Origin: a bacterium
Lineage (GTDB): Bacteria > Muiribacteriota > UBA6191
Direction: 5' to 3'
Length of the DNA: 11,831 nucleotides
NCBI GenBank assembly: GCA_036339875.1
Contig: JAYZAC010000029.1
Coordinates: 1-11,831 of the forward strand
This document shows, in pieces, positions 8,171-11,831 of this stretch. A model generated the notes under the pieces. It did no database searches, had not been told where the DNA came from, and was given only the letters and a program-made list of their open reading frames with translations. Positions within the stretch are counted from its first letter, which is position 1, and the number at the start of each line of letters is the position of its first letter. The position numbers and the translations under genes were made by a program.

Positions 8171-8749
8171 GTGAGTGAAATGAAAAAAGATAAACGAGCT
8201 CTAACTACAGGTGAAATTGCCAATTACGTAGGCGTTAATTTTCAAACTGTCTTAAGATGGATTCAAAAAGGGCATATTAAAGCTCATAAATTGCCTGGTA
8301 GAGGCGATCATAGGGTAACTATTAATGATTTTTTATCATTTTTAGAAGATTTCGATCTTCCAATCCCAGAGGAATTTAGAACTGTTTCTGATTGTGTTTT
8401 GGTGGTAGAAGATGAGCCTTTGATTTCTAAATTAATAAAATTAACGCTTGAGGGTGCTAATTACTCAGTAGTTACTGCATCTAGTGGATTCGAAGCGGGA
8501 ACGATGCTACATGAGTATGTGCCATCATTGGTTACGTTAGATCTAAAAATGCCTGGCTTAGATGGTTTGTCAGTTTTAAAGTTTATAAGATCGAATGATA
8601 AGTACAAGGATGTAAAGGTGCTTATAATATCGGCTCACTTAGATTTGGATGAGAATAAGTATTTGGAGCAAGGTGCTAATGGTATTCTGAAAAAGCCATT
8701 TAAAAATGAAGTGTTACTTGCACAAGTAAATGACATGCTGAGTTACTAA
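8171..8749 (+). CDS. Response regulator with N-terminal excisionase/MerR-like (HTH_17-type) DNA-binding domain and C-terminal receiver domain
   Basis: LTTGEIANYVGVNFQTVLRWIQKGHIKAHKLPGRGDHRV is an Xis-like HTH. The REC domain has VLVVEDE, phosphoacceptor LVTLDLKMP, IISA and KKPF. The start is either GTG8171 or ATG8180. Confidence 0.9.
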   Translation: MSEMKKDKRALTTGEIANYVGVNFQTVLRWIQKGHIKAHKLPGRGDHRVTINDFLSFLEDFDLPIPEEFRTVSDCVLVVEDEPLISKLIKLTLEGANYSVVTASSGFEAGTMLHEYVPSLVTLDLKMPGLDGLSVLKFIRSNDKYKDVKVLIISAHLDLDENKYLEQGANGILKKPFKNEVLLAQVNDMLSY

Positions 8750-8755
8750 AAGTAG

Positions 8756-9646
8756 ATGGAGGGTAATAGCTCTATGGAGATACGGGTATTTTCACCTGCA
8801 AGTTTTCCTTCACCTCGTAAATCATGGATGGATTCACTAGATTTGGTTTACCAGGCCTCATTGCCCTCGGAGACATTTGCTGGTTTTGCTAGATCAGATG
8901 AACAGAGAGCAATTGAATTAAATAATATTCTATCGAGTAATGTTCTGGCGATGGCAAGTCGAGGCGGTTATGGATGTCAAAGAATGCTTCCTCATCTTGA
9001 TATACCACAAAGAATTGAAGCTAAATTATGTGGTTTTTCTGACCTAACAGTATTGCTAAATTATCTATATCAAAAATATGATGCTCTATGTTTTCATGGT
9101 CCTATGATGCAATGGCCCAACGAAACCCAAATGAGTAGTTTAATGTGGCAAAGTTTTCAAAGTATTGTTCTTAAAAATTCTCAATTTGATTGTACTTTTC
9201 AGGGGCAATTTTTGAACTGTAAAGCTTTAAATGGCCCAATTATCGGGGGAAATTTAAGTGTAATTTGTGCTTCACTGGGTACACCTTATGCTCCCAATCT
9301 ATCAGGTAAACTATTGTTCCTTGAGGATATTAATGAACCAACTTACAAGATTGATAGAATGTTAGACCAGCTTAGCAAACAAAGTGATTTTAAGAACCTC
9401 AGAGGGATGTTATTTGGATCCTTTAATAATTGTAATATATCTCCTAATGACAGCGGTGATTTGAATATTAATGAATTGATAACTGATTTCTGTTCGCGTT
9501 ATCAAATTCCCGCCATTATCGGTCTACCAGTCGGACATCTAGATGATTTTGTCTGTTTTAGAATAGGTTCTCAAGTTAGATTTGAAGCTTTAGGTAACTC
9601 CCAAATATTTTGGAGAATTGAAGGTTTGAATGGATCAAGTCGATAG
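8756..9646 (+). CDS. ldcA: LD-carboxypeptidase (peptidase S66, LdcA/MccF family)
   Basis: SRGGYG, catalytic Ser in GFSDLT, FHGPM, GGNL, catalytic Glu in FLEDINE and catalytic His in PVGH. Alternative start ATG8774 has GGAGGG upstream. Confidence 0.88.
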   Translation: MEGNSSMEIRVFSPASFPSPRKSWMDSLDLVYQASLPSETFAGFARSDEQRAIELNNILSSNVLAMASRGGYGCQRMLPHLDIPQRIEAKLCGFSDLTVLLNYLYQKYDALCFHGPMMQWPNETQMSSLMWQSFQSIVLKNSQFDCTFQGQFLNCKALNGPIIGGNLSVICASLGTPYAPNLSGKLLFLEDINEPTYKIDRMLDQLSKQSDFKNLRGMLFGSFNNCNISPNDSGDLNINELITDFCSRYQIPAIIGLPVGHLDDFVCFRIGSQVRFEALGNSQIFWRIEGLNGSSR

Positions 9647-10610
9647 CGTTATTAAAGGTTTCGCCAACAAAGATAGAAGGAGTCTGGCAAAAGCGATCAC
9701 TATCATAGAAAGTCAGAGAGATGTAGATCGTACATTAAGTATTGAATTATTGCAGCGTTTAAAGCCTTCGGATAAAGATACACTTAGAATTGGAATAACA
9801 GGTTCTCCTGGTGTTGGAAAGAGTACCTTAATTGAAAATTTAGGTCTTAAATTTCTTGAAAGTAATCTTGATATTTGTGTTTTAGCCGTTGACCCTAGCT
9901 CGCCTAGAGGAGGGGGAAGTATTCTAGGTGACAAGACTAGAATGCCCCAATTGGCGAATGATCCTAGAGCATATGTTAGACCATCTCCAACTAGAGATTC
10001 GCTAGGTGGAGTGGCTCATCGTACGCACGATGTAATTAAATTATGCGAGGCGTTCGGATTTGATATTGTAATAGTGGAGACTGTAGGAGTAGGGCAAACT
10101 GAGCTAGCTGTTTCATCAATGGTAGATTTATTTTTTTTAATGCTACTGCCTCAAGCAGGAGACGAACTACAAGGTATAAAAAAAGGTGTTATGGAATGTG
10201 CCGATATTATCTTTATAAATAAAGCTGACCTTGATGCCAAAGGATCGCAGAAGCTCTTAAGCCAATGTAATTCAGCAATAGAATTACTAAGGCCGCGCTG
10301 GAGCCACTGGAAGGTTCCTGTTGAGCAAGGTAGTGCCCTAGATAGTGATAGCTTACAAAAGCTTATATATCATTTTGATAATTTTGTGGCTATTCAGAAA
10401 AAGCATGGTTCATGGGAGGAACAGCGAAAGCGTCAGCAATTAACTTGGTTGCGCAGAGCTGTTCGTCATCAACTTCTACTATCTAGTTTAGAAAATCCTA
10501 CTTATGAACTTAAAATAAGAGGTCTCGAATCAGACTTCTTAAAGTCAAAAAAGACCTCTGAAGAGGTAATATGGGAGATATTAAAATTAGTAGGGATATC
10601 TAACAATTAA
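9630..10610 (+). CDS. meaB: Methylmalonyl-CoA mutase-associated GTPase MeaB (ArgK/MMAA family)
   Basis: LAKAITIIES, P-loop GITGSPGVGKST, AVDPSS...GGSILGDKTRM, RPSPT, VETVGVGQ, GDELQGIKKG and NKAD. Overlaps the end of the S66 gene by 17 nt. Confidence 0.95.
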   Translation: MDQVDSVIKGFANKDRRSLAKAITIIESQRDVDRTLSIELLQRLKPSDKDTLRIGITGSPGVGKSTLIENLGLKFLESNLDICVLAVDPSSPRGGGSILGDKTRMPQLANDPRAYVRPSPTRDSLGGVAHRTHDVIKLCEAFGFDIVIVETVGVGQTELAVSSMVDLFFLMLLPQAGDELQGIKKGVMECADIIFINKADLDAKGSQKLLSQCNSAIELLRPRWSHWKVPVEQGSALDSDSLQKLIYHFDNFVAIQKKHGSWEEQRKRQQLTWLRRAVRHQLLLSSLENPTYELKIRGLESDFLKSKKTSEEVIWEILKLVGISNN

Positions 10611-11533
10611 TTTTCTGAAGTAATACGGTCTAAATCTACTAAGCTTTCGCGTGTTTTTTCGAGATTTTTATTTGATAGATTATTCTGAATGTCGCCAAGA
10701 ATTTTCTGTCTTAAATGTAATTTTGGTGATGACAATTTAACTGAATTGTTACCTGAAACTTTCACAGAATTTTTCACAGATGTTTCATTGATTGACGGAT
10801 AGTAATGGTTGTTCCGTACTTTATTTTTCAAAGTACTGTAGATCTGGTCACTAAGCATAGATGCAACGACTCCGCCTGCAATTGCGATGAGTCCACCACC
10901 GCCTAGTGCAACAAATGCTGCAGATGATGCAATGGCACTAAATCCCTCCTTTAACCAATCTAAGCGACTTAGATTTCCCTGGCTCCACTCATATCCTAGA
11001 GCCGCTCCCAAAAAACTAGGGACAGTTTTTAGGACAGGTCCAACCCCTGAGGGTAAAAAGTTTCCAAGTGCAGATAGCATTGTACTTCCCATAAATATAC
11101 CTAGAGAAGATTTGAAGAATTGTGAGTCTGTAAGAAAATCTAAGGCCTTGTGAGGTCTAATTTCACCAGTTTTTGAAAAATCATTCAACAGAGCAGTACC
11201 GGCTCCAATAGCAGATATGCTAAGTGCATATTTAAACAGATTTTTACCTAATATTTTTCTATTTAACCACCGATTCGAATTTCCGGATTGCCATTCAGTG
11301 AGGTATTGTGGCACATCAGTTTTGAGGATATGCTCCATCCCTACGGTAGATTCTACAATTAACTTAGAAGATGTCTTTTGTTGTAATCTTCTTAGTTGAC
11401 TCTTAATTCGACTAGCTTCGAACTGGCTATTAAATAAATGACTTTGTTGGAAATTCTGATTCAATTCTGCTGTGACCGTATTTCCACACAGGTGGCTAAT
11501 TAATGCCAATGTGATAATCACCAGAACTTTCAT
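10607..11533 (-). CDS. Hypothetical exported/membrane protein with Gly/Ala/Ser-rich hydrophobic helices
   Basis: 308-aa ORF filling the gap between meaB and ispH. Signal-peptide-like N-terminus (MKVLVIITLALISHLCG) and several small-residue hydrophobic segments. I recognise no family. Confidence 0.75.
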   Translation of the reverse strand: MKVLVIITLALISHLCGNTVTAELNQNFQQSHLFNSQFEASRIKSQLRRLQQKTSSKLIVESTVGMEHILKTDVPQYLTEWQSGNSNRWLNRKILGKNLFKYALSISAIGAGTALLNDFSKTGEIRPHKALDFLTDSQFFKSSLGIFMGSTMLSALGNFLPSGVGPVLKTVPSFLGAALGYEWSQGNLSRLDWLKEGFSAIASSAAFVALGGGGLIAIAGGVVASMLSDQIYSTLKNKVRNNHYYPSINETSVKNSVKVSGNNSVKLSSPKLHLRQKILGDIQNNLSNKNLEKTRESLVDLDRITSEN

Positions 11534-11676
11534 AACAATTTTATTACGTAGAACTAGTAAAGAATGTTACCAATGCTAAAAATTTGAAATTGGTGGAATA
11601 TCAGAAGTGTCATAAAATATGTCTAATTATGCAGATTTGAGGTATATTTTAACTTAGATTAGTTGAAGGATTTTTT

Positions 11677-11831
11677 ATGAAAACTCTGGTATTAGCTAGC
11701 CCTAGAGGTTTTTGCGCAGGTGTCACTAGAGCGATTGAAATCGTTGAAAAGGCTCTTGAAATATGGGGGCCACCAATTTATGTGAAACATGAGATTGTTC
11801 ATAATCAATTTGTTGTAGGACAATTGCGTAA
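11677..11831 (+). CDS. ispH: 4-hydroxy-3-methylbut-2-enyl diphosphate reductase, 5' fragment (runs off the window edge)
   Basis: Manual translation gives [51 protein letters not shown], containing the PRGFCAGV and HEIVHN signatures. SD AAGGA at 11666-11670. Not in the supplied ORF track. Confidence 0.96.
   Translation, partial: MKTLVLASPRGFCAGVTRAIEIVEKALEIWGPPIYVKHEIVHNQFVVGQLR

Noticed and set aside
8756..9646. MccF microcin-immunity interpretation of the S66 peptidase
   Set aside because: No microcin precursor, adenylyltransferase or exporter nearby. Housekeeping muropeptide recycling is more parsimonious.
10131..10138. Homopolymer tracts (T8 in meaB, T8 near 7658 in hemE, G6 in the clpP SD) as phase-variation sites
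   Set aside because: Short, in frame, located in housekeeping genes, and expected in AT-rich DNA.
9713..11399. ORFs 9713-9934 (-), 10887-11153 (+) and 11217-11399 (+)
   Set aside because: Fully nested antisense to longer, better-supported genes. Their composition mirrors the sense codons (e.g. poly-Pro opposite poly-Gly). There is no evidence that the latter two are immunity genes.
11480..11533. Lipoprotein signal in the hypothetical protein (Cys16)
   Set aside because: SHLC does not fit the L-[AS]-[GA]-C lipobox; a signal peptidase I substrate or membrane anchor is more plausible.
1..11831. CRISPR array, IS/prophage, cobalamin riboswitch or defence island
   Set aside because: No spaced repeats, transposase or integrase were seen, and no intergenic region upstream of meaB is long enough for a riboswitch. 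The excisionase-like HTH is fused to a REC domain and is regulatory, not a phage Xis.

Overview
An AT-rich bacterial chromosomal window made up mostly of core genes. In order: the 3' end of a class II tRNA (probably tRNA-Leu), tig-clpP-clpX (with no lon after it), and a 1102-aa membrane protein with an O-antigen ligase/Wzy_C-type domain fused to a long TPR region. Next come hemE on the minus strand and, diverging from it, an apparent operon of an excisionase-like HTH + receiver-domain response regulator, an S66 LD-carboxypeptidase and the MeaB/ArgK GTPase. The window ends with a convergent secreted/membrane hypothetical protein and the 5' end of ispH, which the ORF track misses. I see no mobile element, CRISPR array or defence system, and I cannot show that a new biological system is present. 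The best leads are (1) overlapping divergent hemE/regulator promoters with a tandem 11-bp direct repeat that could be the regulator's operator, (2) the enlarged Wzy_C-TPR protein, and (3) the glycine-rich orphan membrane protein. All family assignments come from motif recognition, not database searches.
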